From contig JAFWDK010000019.1 in assembly GCA_017513085.1 (NCBI GenBank), positions 32,001 to 96,000 on the forward strand: a DNA stretch of 64,000 bases. The letters are read 5' to 3'. Position 1 is the stretch's first letter. The number at the start of each line of letters is the position of its first letter. Positions 38,549 through 47,152 of this stretch are shown one piece after another. Source of the DNA: Clostridiales bacterium. GTDB lineage: Bacteria > Bacillota > Clostridia > Saccharofermentanales > Saccharofermentanaceae. The notes beneath the pieces are model-generated. The model searched no databases. It worked only from the letters and a program-made list of their open reading frames with translations, and was not told where the DNA came from. The translations under genes were made by a program, and so were the position numbers.

Positions 38549-40059
38549 GCTCTATGTCCGCCGATCTGGCTGTTTCTTAAGATCGCCGTGCCTCCTTCAT
38601 TCAGATTCTTCGCCTTGATCACGGCATTTTTACCGAACTTTTTCTTGATTTCCACCATAGTCTGCTGAAGTTCGTGCTCTTTCACTTTCTTCTCGCTTTG
38701 TAGCGACGTGGTCTCCACTTTCGCCGACCGGTTTTCCGTCTCCACGATAAGATCGAAAAGACTCATCTGCCGATACGGTCTCTCGTTCGCTGCTGCTTCT
38801 TCCCGAACGATATGGCAGGCACAAAGCCCGATCCTTCTGGAAAGAAGATTCTTGTCCATGATCCGTTCCAGAAGTTCAACTGCCGCTGCCGTGATAGTTT
38901 TCGTCGAAGAAGTATAGGCATTCAGATTGATCGTACCGTGCGCATGCTTCGGCACCTGCCGGCCATAGAAATCTGTCGTGATCTCACCCTGATAACTGCC
39001 ACTCTGAAGACTCGCCCGATCATAACCGACTGTTAAGACCAGCTGATCCGTTACCAGTCCCTTCTCCACCAGATCCAAAGACATCACATCCGCCATCTCC
39101 CACACGATCAGTCTGGTATGCTCATAACTCGTAGGTTCCGTGAGCACCTGACCGGAAGAAATGCTGTTATTCTGCGGTTTGTACGCCTTCACATCCGCCA
39201 TCGTCGCAGGCTCGATCCCCCAGGCATGGTCGACCAGAAGCTCAGTATTCTTACCGAAAAGCGTCTGAAGGAAACCCATTCCCTCCCTGGTAAGAGAAAG
39301 GCGGGCTATATCGCCCATCGTTCTCACGCCGCACTTCGCAAGTCTTGCAGAAATCCCCCGCCCCACACGCCAGAAATCGGTCAACGGCTCATGTGCCCAG
39401 AGTTCATCCTTATACTTCTCTTCATCCAGTTCGGCGATCCGAACACCATCTTTATCTGCAGGAATATGCTTCGCCACGATGTCCATGGCCACTTTGCAAA
39501 GATACATATTCGTCCCGATCCCCGCCGTAGCCGTGATTCCGGTCTCATCAAGAACTGCACGGACCATCTTCATGGCAAAATCATGTGCCGAGATCTTATA
39601 CATCTTCAAATAGGTCGTACAATCGATAAATACTTCGTCGATCGAATAGGCAAAAATATCCTCCGGCGCGACAAAACGAAGATAAACACCGAATATCTTC
39701 ACGCTGACCTGCATATAACGCGCCATCTGAGGCGTCGCAACCACATAGTCCAGTTCCAAAGACGGATCTTGCGCCAGCTCCGAGGCCAGATAACTCTTTC
39801 CCGAGAACAATCTCTTCGGAGCCTGAAACTGCCTTACGGTATTGATCTGTTTCACTTTCTCGACCACCTCGAAAAGTCTTGCTCTTCCCGGAAGACCGTA
39901 CTGTTTCAGACTCGGCGACACAGCAAGACAGATCGTCTTCTCCGTACGGGAGGCATCCGCGACAACAAGATTCGTGTTCAAAGGATCAAGCCCGCGTTCC
40001 ACACATTCCACGCTGGCATAAAAGGATTTCAGATCGATAGCAATGTATGTCCGTTCCAT
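38545..40059 (-). CDS. Y-family DNA polymerase (UmuC/DinB-like, UvrX-type)
   Basis: IDLKSFYASVEC, YSIDEVF, TAGIG, C-terminal QMSLF clamp-binding motif and IGGHRA end. Confidence 0.93.
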   Translation of the reverse strand: MERTYIAIDLKSFYASVECVERGLDPLNTNLVVADASRTEKTICLAVSPSLKQYGLPGRARLFEVVEKVKQINTVRQFQAPKRLFSGKSYLASELAQDPSLELDYVVATPQMARYMQVSVKIFGVYLRFVAPEDIFAYSIDEVFIDCTTYLKMYKISAHDFAMKMVRAVLDETGITATAGIGTNMYLCKVAMDIVAKHIPADKDGVRIAELDEEKYKDELWAHEPLTDFWRVGRGISARLAKCGVRTMGDIARLSLTREGMGFLQTLFGKNTELLVDHAWGIEPATMADVKAYKPQNNSISSGQVLTEPTSYEHTRLIVWEMADVMSLDLVEKGLVTDQLVLTVGYDRASLQSGSYQGEITTDFYGRQVPKHAHGTINLNAYTSSTKTITAAAVELLERIMDKNLLSRRIGLCACHIVREEAAANERPYRQMSLFDLIVETENRSAKVETTSLQSEKKVKEHELQQTMVEIKKKFGKNAVIKAKNLNEGGTAILRNSQIGGHRA

Positions 40060-40091
40060 TTCTTATTCTCCTCGCCTCCACATTACATTAA

Positions 40092-40161
40092 AGAACAAAC
40101 TTTCGCTTTTATTATACACGCCACAAAATGAAATGTCTCTACTTTTCAGAAAATTTGTTCG
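40092..40161. promoter_or_regulatory. Two LexA boxes flanking the Y-polymerase promoter
   Basis: AGAACAAACTTTCG (40092-40105) and AGAAAATTTGTTCG (40148-40161), each one mismatch to GAAC-N4-GTTC; minus-strand TATAAT -10 at 40111-40116. Confidence 0.7.
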
Positions 40162-40255
40162 ACTTTTTCTTCAGCCGTACTCCGCTTCACTTTAAAATCA
40201 CCTGTGGTACAATGATTTCCATAAGATCAAATCCGAAAAGAAACGAGAAATATTC

Positions 40256-41089
40256 ATGCTCTTTATTCTCTGCGCACTCACGGCCGAAGCCAAACCGTTG
40301 ATCTCCGCTCTTTCTCTGCGGAAGGACAACACATCCTGTCCCTACGACACATATTTTGCCGAGGACAATTCCGTCGTGCTTGCCATCTCCGGTATGGGCA
40401 CAGTTGCCGCCGCTTCTGCGACCACCTATCTTCTCACTCGTTTCGGAACCAAAAAAGAGCAGGACCACCTCATTAATTTCGGGTCCTGCGCCGGCAAAGA
40501 CCCGGGAATGTATCTGATCAACAAGATCACCGACGACATCTCCGGCCGCGAGTATTATCCCGATATGCTGTACGACCTGAGTTCCGCCGGTCTTTCTTTT
40601 TCTTCGGAAAAAGCACTGACGACAGTCAACCATGTCGTCTCTTCCCTGGAGGATCCGGATCAACTCTACGAGATGGAAGCATCCGGGATATTTCAGGCTG
40701 GTTCTCACTTTCTTCCACCTCATCGGATGCTTTTCCTGAAGTATGTTTCCGATTCAGGCGTGGAAGATCCGAAATCCATAACCAATGCGCACCTGACGGC
40801 TTGCGCCGAGCAACAGCTTTCTACAGTGCTTTTGATCCTCGGAAAACTCAAGAATATCTCTGAAGAAATACCTTCCATCGACGAAGATCTGTTTCTCTCG
40901 GCTTCTTATGCCCTGCATCTTAGCGAAACATTACGGCACGAGCTCTACCAGCTCTTCGTCTACGCACGGTCGGAGAATATCGACATAGAGAAGATCCTCG
41001 ACGGATTGAAAAAAGAAGGCAGGATACCTGCTCCCTCCAAGCGCGAAGGAAAGGAGGTCCTCCATGCCATCCGGGAACGACTTATTTAA
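40256..41089 (+). CDS. Nucleoside phosphorylase / MTA-SAH nucleosidase-like protein
   Basis: AL..EAKPL, SGMG...AA, INFGSCAG, YEMEASG motifs. Confidence 0.75.
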   Translation: MLFILCALTAEAKPLISALSLRKDNTSCPYDTYFAEDNSVVLAISGMGTVAAASATTYLLTRFGTKKEQDHLINFGSCAGKDPGMYLINKITDDISGREYYPDMLYDLSSAGLSFSSEKALTTVNHVVSSLEDPDQLYEMEASGIFQAGSHFLPPHRMLFLKYVSDSGVEDPKSITNAHLTACAEQQLSTVLLILGKLKNISEEIPSIDEDLFLSASYALHLSETLRHELYQLFVYARSENIDIEKILDGLKKEGRIPAPSKREGKEVLHAIRERLI

Positions 41090-42092
41090 TCACCCGTTCT
41101 CACATATCTATGTTGAGAAAGCAGCATCTGACCATCCTCTTACCCAAGCGATCCTCGCACGTTTTTCCAAGTCCGTCATAATTCCTGTCGGACATTACAA
41201 AGATGTGTTCAATCGTCCAAGACAGAACTTTGGCATACAGAAACAGTCACAGGCTCTGATACTTGCGAAAAACCGCGGCGCCTCGATCTTTCCGGGTGCG
41301 CCGGTCTGTCAGGATTTCGGTTATGACCACTTCTACTATGCAAGTTCGATCCGAAACTGCATCTTCGATTGCGACTATTGCTTTTTAAAAGGAATGTACG
41401 GATCCGGAAACATTGTCGTTTTCGTCAATCTCGAGGATACTTTTTCCGAACTGGAGAAATTGCTTGCCGAGCACCCTGTATATCTTTGCATCTCTTACGA
41501 TACCGACCTCATCGCTTTAGAATCGCTTACCGGATTCACGTCCCGTTGGATCGAATTTACAAGAACGCATAAAGATCTGACGATCGAGATCCGCACAAAA
41601 TCTTTTCGAAAAGATATCTACGATAAAACTGAACCATGCGATCGGGTGATCTTCGCCTACACGATATCTCCCCGATCCATCATCGAGAGATACGAAAGCA
41701 AGACCGCCACGCTTTCCGAACGAATCGCTGCCGCTTCGTACGCAATGGCAAAAGGTTTTCCGGTCCGGCTTTGTTTTGATCCGATCATTTATTGCAAAGA
41801 TTGGAAAGATGCGTATTCATCAATGATTCAGGAAGTGTCGGAAAATATAGATATGCATCAATTAAAAGATGTAAGCATCGGATCTTTTCGCATCCCTTCG
41901 GACTACATACACAAACTGAGAAGAGATTTCCCTTCTTCGCCCGTATGCCAATTCCCGTATGAAAACATAAACGGCGTCTTCCAGTATCCTGAAAAGATAC
42001 GGGCCGGAATGGAAGATTATCTGGGATCCCTGCTTCAAAACTTGATATCCAAAGACAGAATATATAAAATCGATACTAACCAAGTACCTTAA
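41064..42092 (+). CDS. Spore photoproduct lyase-like radical SAM protein
   Basis: CIFDCDYC (CxxxCxxC), FVNLED, EIRTKS, LCFDPII; SplB-like length and layout. Confidence 0.85.
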   Translation: MPSGNDLFNHPFSHIYVEKAASDHPLTQAILARFSKSVIIPVGHYKDVFNRPRQNFGIQKQSQALILAKNRGASIFPGAPVCQDFGYDHFYYASSIRNCIFDCDYCFLKGMYGSGNIVVFVNLEDTFSELEKLLAEHPVYLCISYDTDLIALESLTGFTSRWIEFTRTHKDLTIEIRTKSFRKDIYDKTEPCDRVIFAYTISPRSIIERYESKTATLSERIAAASYAMAKGFPVRLCFDPIIYCKDWKDAYSSMIQEVSENIDMHQLKDVSIGSFRIPSDYIHKLRRDFPSSPVCQFPYENINGVFQYPEKIRAGMEDYLGSLLQNLISKDRIYKIDTNQVP

Positions 42093-42105
42093 AGGAGGTC
42101 TTCCT

Positions 42106-42720
42106 TTGAACGATATACGACTCAACAACGAACACAAAATGAGACCTGAGGACGTCAGAAACTGTCCCAAATGCGGCGCCCCTATTCTTTCCGAAGTCTG
42201 CCAGTTTTGCGGCACATATATCGGAAAGGTCGCCACTTCAGACCTGACTCCGGAATATCCGCTGATCGAATGCAAACAGGCAAAGATCACCTTCTGGACC
42301 GTCGGATTCCCGCTGGTCTTCGGATTAATGTTTTCTCTCGCCGCGTTACCTTTTCTATTCGCCCGTGAAGAGATCAAAGGCATAGATCTTCCGAATACCT
42401 ATAACACCTTTTTGATTCCGTTTATCTTGATCGGTCTGGCCTCCATCGGCTTCGCCTTCTATCGTTCCTTCCGTACCATTCAGGTCATGTTGAAGGGAAC
42501 CCTTCGAAGCGGTGTGGTATATGGCTATATGGACGACACCGTCGCATATAACGGAGTGAACGGTCAGAAAGTGAAGATCCTTGTAGATACGGCCGAAGGG
42601 AAAAAGTTTATCCTTCTTCCACTCGGAACCACTTCCAAACCCTACGAGGTAAACAGTCAGGTAAATGTTAAGCTGTTGAACAACTGGGCAGTCATTCTTC
42701 GACAGAAGACGCAATGGTGA
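42106..42720 (+). CDS. Zinc-ribbon membrane protein (2 TM)
   Basis: CPKCGAP...CQFCG followed by two hydrophobic helices; AAAGGAGG RBS before TTG. Confidence 0.75.
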   Translation: MNDIRLNNEHKMRPEDVRNCPKCGAPILSEVCQFCGTYIGKVATSDLTPEYPLIECKQAKITFWTVGFPLVFGLMFSLAALPFLFAREEIKGIDLPNTYNTFLIPFILIGLASIGFAFYRSFRTIQVMLKGTLRSGVVYGYMDDTVAYNGVNGQKVKILVDTAEGKKFILLPLGTTSKPYEVNSQVNVKLLNNWAVILRQKTQW

Positions 42721-42752
42721 CAAAAACCATATTTTCTATACGTGAGGGAAAA

Positions 42753-43457
42753 ATGAGCAAAACAGCAATTCTCACAGGAGCATCATCCGGAATCGGCAAA
42801 GCCATAAGTGAAGTGCTTTTGGATATGGACTATGAGGTCTTCGGTATCGGCAGAGATTTTTCCGAGGCGGAGGAGCTTGCTTTGCGTCCGTCATTTCACC
42901 GGGTCGAGCTGGATCTTCTGAACACTTCAGAAGTCGAAAAAACGATCCGGGAAATGAGCAAAGGACGAGGCATCGATCTTTTGGTCAACTGTGCCGGCGT
43001 CGGTTTTTACGGACTTCACGAGGAACTAAAGGTCAAGGACATTTCCGCTATGGTGCGTACCAATTTAGAAGTCCCGCTTCTTCTTACCAACCTTCTCCTT
43101 CGGAAACTAAAAGAGAGCAAAGGAACGATCCTTAATATCGCCTCGGTTACCGCCCAACAGAGCAATCCGCACGGCGCGGCATACGGCGCTACCAAAGCAG
43201 GGCTTTTAAGTTTCTCGAAAAGCCTTTTCGACGAAGCAAGAAAATACGGTGTCAAAGTCACCACTATCCTACCGGACATGACGGATACCAATCTGTACCG
43301 GAATGCTGATTTCGAATCATCGAAAGAAGAGAATGCGCGGTTGCTTCCTGCAGATATTTCCGATGCCGTGAAGTACATTCTTCAGGCGGATCCTCATATG
43401 ACGATCACGGAATTCACGGTTCGTCCGCAGCTTCACCGGATCGAAAAGAAACCCTGA
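42753..43457 (+). CDS. Short-chain dehydrogenase/reductase
   Basis: TGASSGIG, VNCAG, NIAS, YGATK. Confidence 0.93.
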   Translation: MSKTAILTGASSGIGKAISEVLLDMDYEVFGIGRDFSEAEELALRPSFHRVELDLLNTSEVEKTIREMSKGRGIDLLVNCAGVGFYGLHEELKVKDISAMVRTNLEVPLLLTNLLLRKLKESKGTILNIASVTAQQSNPHGAAYGATKAGLLSFSKSLFDEARKYGVKVTTILPDMTDTNLYRNADFESSKEENARLLPADISDAVKYILQADPHMTITEFTVRPQLHRIEKKP

Positions 43458-44333
43458 TCACAGTCTGTAAATAAAGTGCTTTTCCATGACGTCATCCCGC
43501 TTCGAACCGATGATCTCGCCACGGATCTGTTCCAGGTCAAAAGCACATTTCCAAAGGAAATCATAGTCTCCGCCCTTCTGCTCATAAACTCTCGAGCCAT
43601 ACGAAACTTTCCCGTCAGAAGAGACCTGAATGTCCTGCATCGCTATGCAGTTATATACTTCTCTTTTGTCTCCGGCTTTTGTTGTTAACGTCGACTGATA
43701 GAAGAAGAAAAGATAGCTTTCGTTTTTGGATGTGACCAGGTAGGTTTCTAGAAGTATCGGCGTACCTGAAAGGCTCCATCTCTCGTCTGCAGATACAATG
43801 ATATTACTACTGTGAACCTTCTCGGCCTGCTGAAGAGCTGCGCCTTCCGCCTGTTCAAGGAAATGCGGATCTTTCAGGAGATCTGCTCTGCTCACATGGT
43901 CATTCTTTCGGATATTCTCTTTCTGTGTTGTAACAGGTGTTGCCATCTCCGTTTTTGCATCACGTTGCACATAATACTTGATCATGAACCCGCTTGCAAA
44001 ACAAACCGCAAGTATCACGCCAAAGATGATCAACGTACGTCTCAGGCGTCTCATTTTCTCTTTGATCTTTCGCTTTCTCTCCTGACGCGCAGCTTCTTCT
44101 TCCGCCTCGATCTGACGCTGTTCTTCCTGCGCATAGTAATCTTCCAACTCCTGTTTCTGTCTTTCTAAGGAAAGACGGATGTGTTCCTCCGCATTCGCGA
44201 TCTGTTCGTATTCGGCATCACTTGCATCCTTCTCGACGTCTCTGACTGCGCCACAATATGCGCAGACCAGTTTTCCGTCTTCAAAGTGCATGGGAGACTC
44301 ACAAAGCTTACAGGTCAAAACTTTCAGTTTCAT
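43458..44333 (-). CDS. Zinc-ribbon / coiled-coil / TM / extracellular-domain protein (paralog 3)
   Basis: CKLC...CAYCG, charged helix, one TM. Confidence 0.8.
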   Translation of the reverse strand: MKLKVLTCKLCESPMHFEDGKLVCAYCGAVRDVEKDASDAEYEQIANAEEHIRLSLERQKQELEDYYAQEEQRQIEAEEEAARQERKRKIKEKMRRLRRTLIIFGVILAVCFASGFMIKYYVQRDAKTEMATPVTTQKENIRKNDHVSRADLLKDPHFLEQAEGAALQQAEKVHSSNIIVSADERWSLSGTPILLETYLVTSKNESYLFFFYQSTLTTKAGDKREVYNCIAMQDIQVSSDGKVSYGSRVYEQKGGDYDFLWKCAFDLEQIRGEIIGSKRDDVMEKHFIYRL

Positions 44334-45217
44334 CCGTTCTCTCCTCCCTTTCCGTCCTCGAATACCTGATCGATCTTGAAAGAAGTGCTCTCGTACTCAC
44401 CTTCGATACATTCCAGATAGAGTTGATCTGCTTCCCTGTATCCACCAAATGTTCCATTTGTCCGGTTTCCCATAGAGCATACATAATCTGTTTCGATCAT
44501 TTTGGTCATTTCATTCAGCGAAAACCTTGGAATAATCACACAGTCATAGATCGTGAATTCTTCTTTCGTATCCTGATATTCATATACAGACTCAAAGAAG
44601 ATACAGAGTTTGCTTTTAGCTGAACTATCGATCATAACATAGGCATCATAAGGCTTTGGTGTATCCTTGATCTTAGCTTCTCTACTATTCACATAAGCAG
44701 GATCATAAAAGATCGTGCTTCTTTCCGAAAAGAGATAGTCCTGCCCTTCGAGAGCTGCATTCTCCACCACGCTCCGATCGCTATTCAGCGCCTGGGTCAT
44801 TTCACTCATTATTTCCTGAGCCTTCACCTTCATTTCCTTTTTGGAAGCCTTGACCGAATGACTGAAATAGACGATCAACCCGATCAAGCCGCCAAGGAAA
44901 AGAAAGATGGAAATATAGTAGGAAGCAACGATCGAAGCAATCTTACGGATATCGTTCTTCTTCTCTCGTTCAAAGTCACGGTGCAGTTTATTCTGCTCCA
45001 TCTGTTCTTTCAGCCTGTGCCTGGTCTGCAGCAACTCCTGATCCCGCGCAATAAGCTGTCTTGTACGATCCGCCTGCGTAACCAGATCCGTATACTTCAC
45101 ATCATTTTCATCGTAGTCGATCGTAAATGCCGACCCGCAACTTGTACAAAAGAAAGAATCGCCCTGCTGGCTCAGGTTGCCATTACACTGAGGGCAGTTA
45201 AGATTTGTAAGTTTCAT
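44330..45217 (-). CDS. Zinc-ribbon / coiled-coil / TM / extracellular-domain protein (paralog 2)
   Basis: CPQC...CTSCG, charged helix, one TM. Confidence 0.8.
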   Translation of the reverse strand: MKLTNLNCPQCNGNLSQQGDSFFCTSCGSAFTIDYDENDVKYTDLVTQADRTRQLIARDQELLQTRHRLKEQMEQNKLHRDFEREKKNDIRKIASIVASYYISIFLFLGGLIGLIVYFSHSVKASKKEMKVKAQEIMSEMTQALNSDRSVVENAALEGQDYLFSERSTIFYDPAYVNSREAKIKDTPKPYDAYVMIDSSAKSKLCIFFESVYEYQDTKEEFTIYDCVIIPRFSLNEMTKMIETDYVCSMGNRTNGTFGGYREADQLYLECIEGEYESTSFKIDQVFEDGKGGENG

Positions 45218-45229
45218 CTCGTGCCCTCC

Positions 45230-46129
45230 TTAACCATTTATCTTCTGCTTTTCATTTCCGTTCGCGGAAAAATCAAACTCCAAAAGCATCGAAGCATTTT
45301 TCCTCACGTCCAGCCGATTATCTTTGTGAAGATCTTCCAGGCTCTCATATCCGGCGATCCTCCAGATATATTTCTCATCATAAGTTCTCGTTGCCGCAAA
45401 AGAACTCTCAACATGTCCGTTCTCGTCCAATGTACCCGAAAGCATGATCGTGTATGCCGAAAAGACTTCTTGCGTCCGCTCTCCAGACTGTGTCTGATAA
45501 GTAGTCTTATAAACCAGAATGAGCCGCTTGTCTGACGATGTTTGTTGTAGATAACTCTCAATCAACTCAGGCTCACCGCACCTTATTGCAATCTCTTCCG
45601 GATCGGAAAGCTCGATTTCTTCCTTACCGTCATACTTAGCATAATACTTCGCAGAAGAAAGCAGTTTCTTCTGCAGATCCTGATCAGCGGATATCGCACG
45701 TGAAATCTCTTTAAGCGTAGCACCTCGTGAGGGGCCGAAAGCGGTCCCGCCATTTTTGCCGAACACGCCGCCGAATAATAACCCGGTCATGGCTAAATTC
45801 ATCACAAAATTAATGATCCCGATAACAGCCATAACAGAAAACACTATAATGATCGGTTTAAAACGTTTCCTCCGGTTGAGCTGCGACTCCCGCAAATTCC
45901 GGTTCCGCTGCTCAGCCTCCTGGATCTGTCTGCTGGTAGTATTAAGTGTCTGCAGACGTTCTTTCTCCGCATCCGCCCGATCTTTTTCCGTCGCCTGGCG
46001 GATACGCTCCACGTCATCACTTTCCCAATCTACGGCAAAAGAACTTCCGCAGCTCATGCAGACCCACTGATTGTTCTGAAAGACCATCCGGCCCCCACAA
46101 TTACTGCATTTTCTAACGTCTGTCTGCAC
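45230..46129 (-). CDS. Zinc-ribbon / coiled-coil / TM / extracellular-domain protein (paralog 1)
   Basis: CSNC...CMSCG, charged helix, one TM; GTG start. Confidence 0.8.
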   Translation of the reverse strand: MQTDVRKCSNCGGRMVFQNNQWVCMSCGSSFAVDWESDDVERIRQATEKDRADAEKERLQTLNTTSRQIQEAEQRNRNLRESQLNRRKRFKPIIIVFSVMAVIGIINFVMNLAMTGLLFGGVFGKNGGTAFGPSRGATLKEISRAISADQDLQKKLLSSAKYYAKYDGKEEIELSDPEEIAIRCGEPELIESYLQQTSSDKRLILVYKTTYQTQSGERTQEVFSAYTIMLSGTLDENGHVESSFAATRTYDEKYIWRIAGYESLEDLHKDNRLDVRKNASMLLEFDFSANGNEKQKING

Positions 46130-46384
46130 AGTGTCTCTTCCTTTGCTCGCAAAAAATAGTAACTTCAGGGCAAAACCGGAACTTGGCGCCCATATACTTG
46201 CGAAACAATTATAGCATAACGGGAGAACACCCCAACACAGAAGAAAACAGCTTTTGCAGGCAGAATTATAAGCAGGATCAGCAAGTTAGATATCTTTTTT
46301 CCAAAAAACCGCTTCGTCAGTTTTGTTTTGACCGGATTCGTATTATTATAAAAGTGCTTTTGAAACTGAAAGGGAGTGACGGGT

Positions 46385-47077
46385 ATGGGAACGATCACAG
46401 CATTTGGCGATTCTGTATTAAAAGGTGTTATCTACGAAGATGAGCATTATCGAGTTGCCGACGAATCATTTCAGAAAATATGCGAACAGTATTTCGGCAT
46501 CACCATCGAAAACCGGGCCAGATTTGGCAGTACCATCAGCAAGGGAGAAAGCGTGTTCGAGAAGAACCTCTCTCTGATCAAAGAATCCGATGGCGATTAT
46601 GTGGTTTTGGAGTTCGGCGGAAATGATTGCGACTTCAACTGGAAAGAAATCTCGGAAGATCCTGATCGCAAGCATCTTCCCATGAGCACCATCAGCAACT
46701 TCACCACCACATATACAAACATTATCAACGAGATCAAAAACATGGGAAAGATCCCGGTCCTGCTTTCTCTTCCGCCGATCGACTCAGCAAGATATTTCGC
46801 ACAGATCTCCCGAGGTCTTTCTTCTGAAAACATCATGAAGTGGATGAAAAACGATCGGCAGTACATCACCAACTGGCACGAGAGATACAATATCGAGATC
46901 TTCAAGCTGGCTATCGCCACGAGTGTTCCGGTCATTGACATCACATCCATTTTTCTCGAGAAGAAGAACTACTCCCGGTTCCTTTGTGTAGATGGGATCC
47001 ATCCGAATGCGGAAGGACACAAACTTATCGCGAAAGCCATCGAAGAACACGTCCGCAGGAAAAACATACAGTTATAA
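46385..47077 (+). CDS. SGNH/GDSL hydrolase
   Basis: FGDSV, EFGGND, DGIHPN blocks. Confidence 0.92.
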   Translation: MGTITAFGDSVLKGVIYEDEHYRVADESFQKICEQYFGITIENRARFGSTISKGESVFEKNLSLIKESDGDYVVLEFGGNDCDFNWKEISEDPDRKHLPMSTISNFTTTYTNIINEIKNMGKIPVLLSLPPIDSARYFAQISRGLSSENIMKWMKNDRQYITNWHERYNIEIFKLAIATSVPVIDITSIFLEKKNYSRFLCVDGIHPNAEGHKLIAKAIEEHVRRKNIQL

Positions 47078-47085
47078 AACCGACG

Positions 47086-47133
47086 CAAAAAGAAGAGGAC
47101 AGTCTCATGACCAAGACTGTCCTCTTTGTTTTT
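47086..47133. terminator. Bidirectional intrinsic terminator (SGNH / rho)
   Basis: AAGAGGACAGTCT-catgacca-AGACTGTCCTCTT with A and T tails. Confidence 0.88.
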
Positions 47134-47152
47134 ATTCATTTATCGCAAACCA

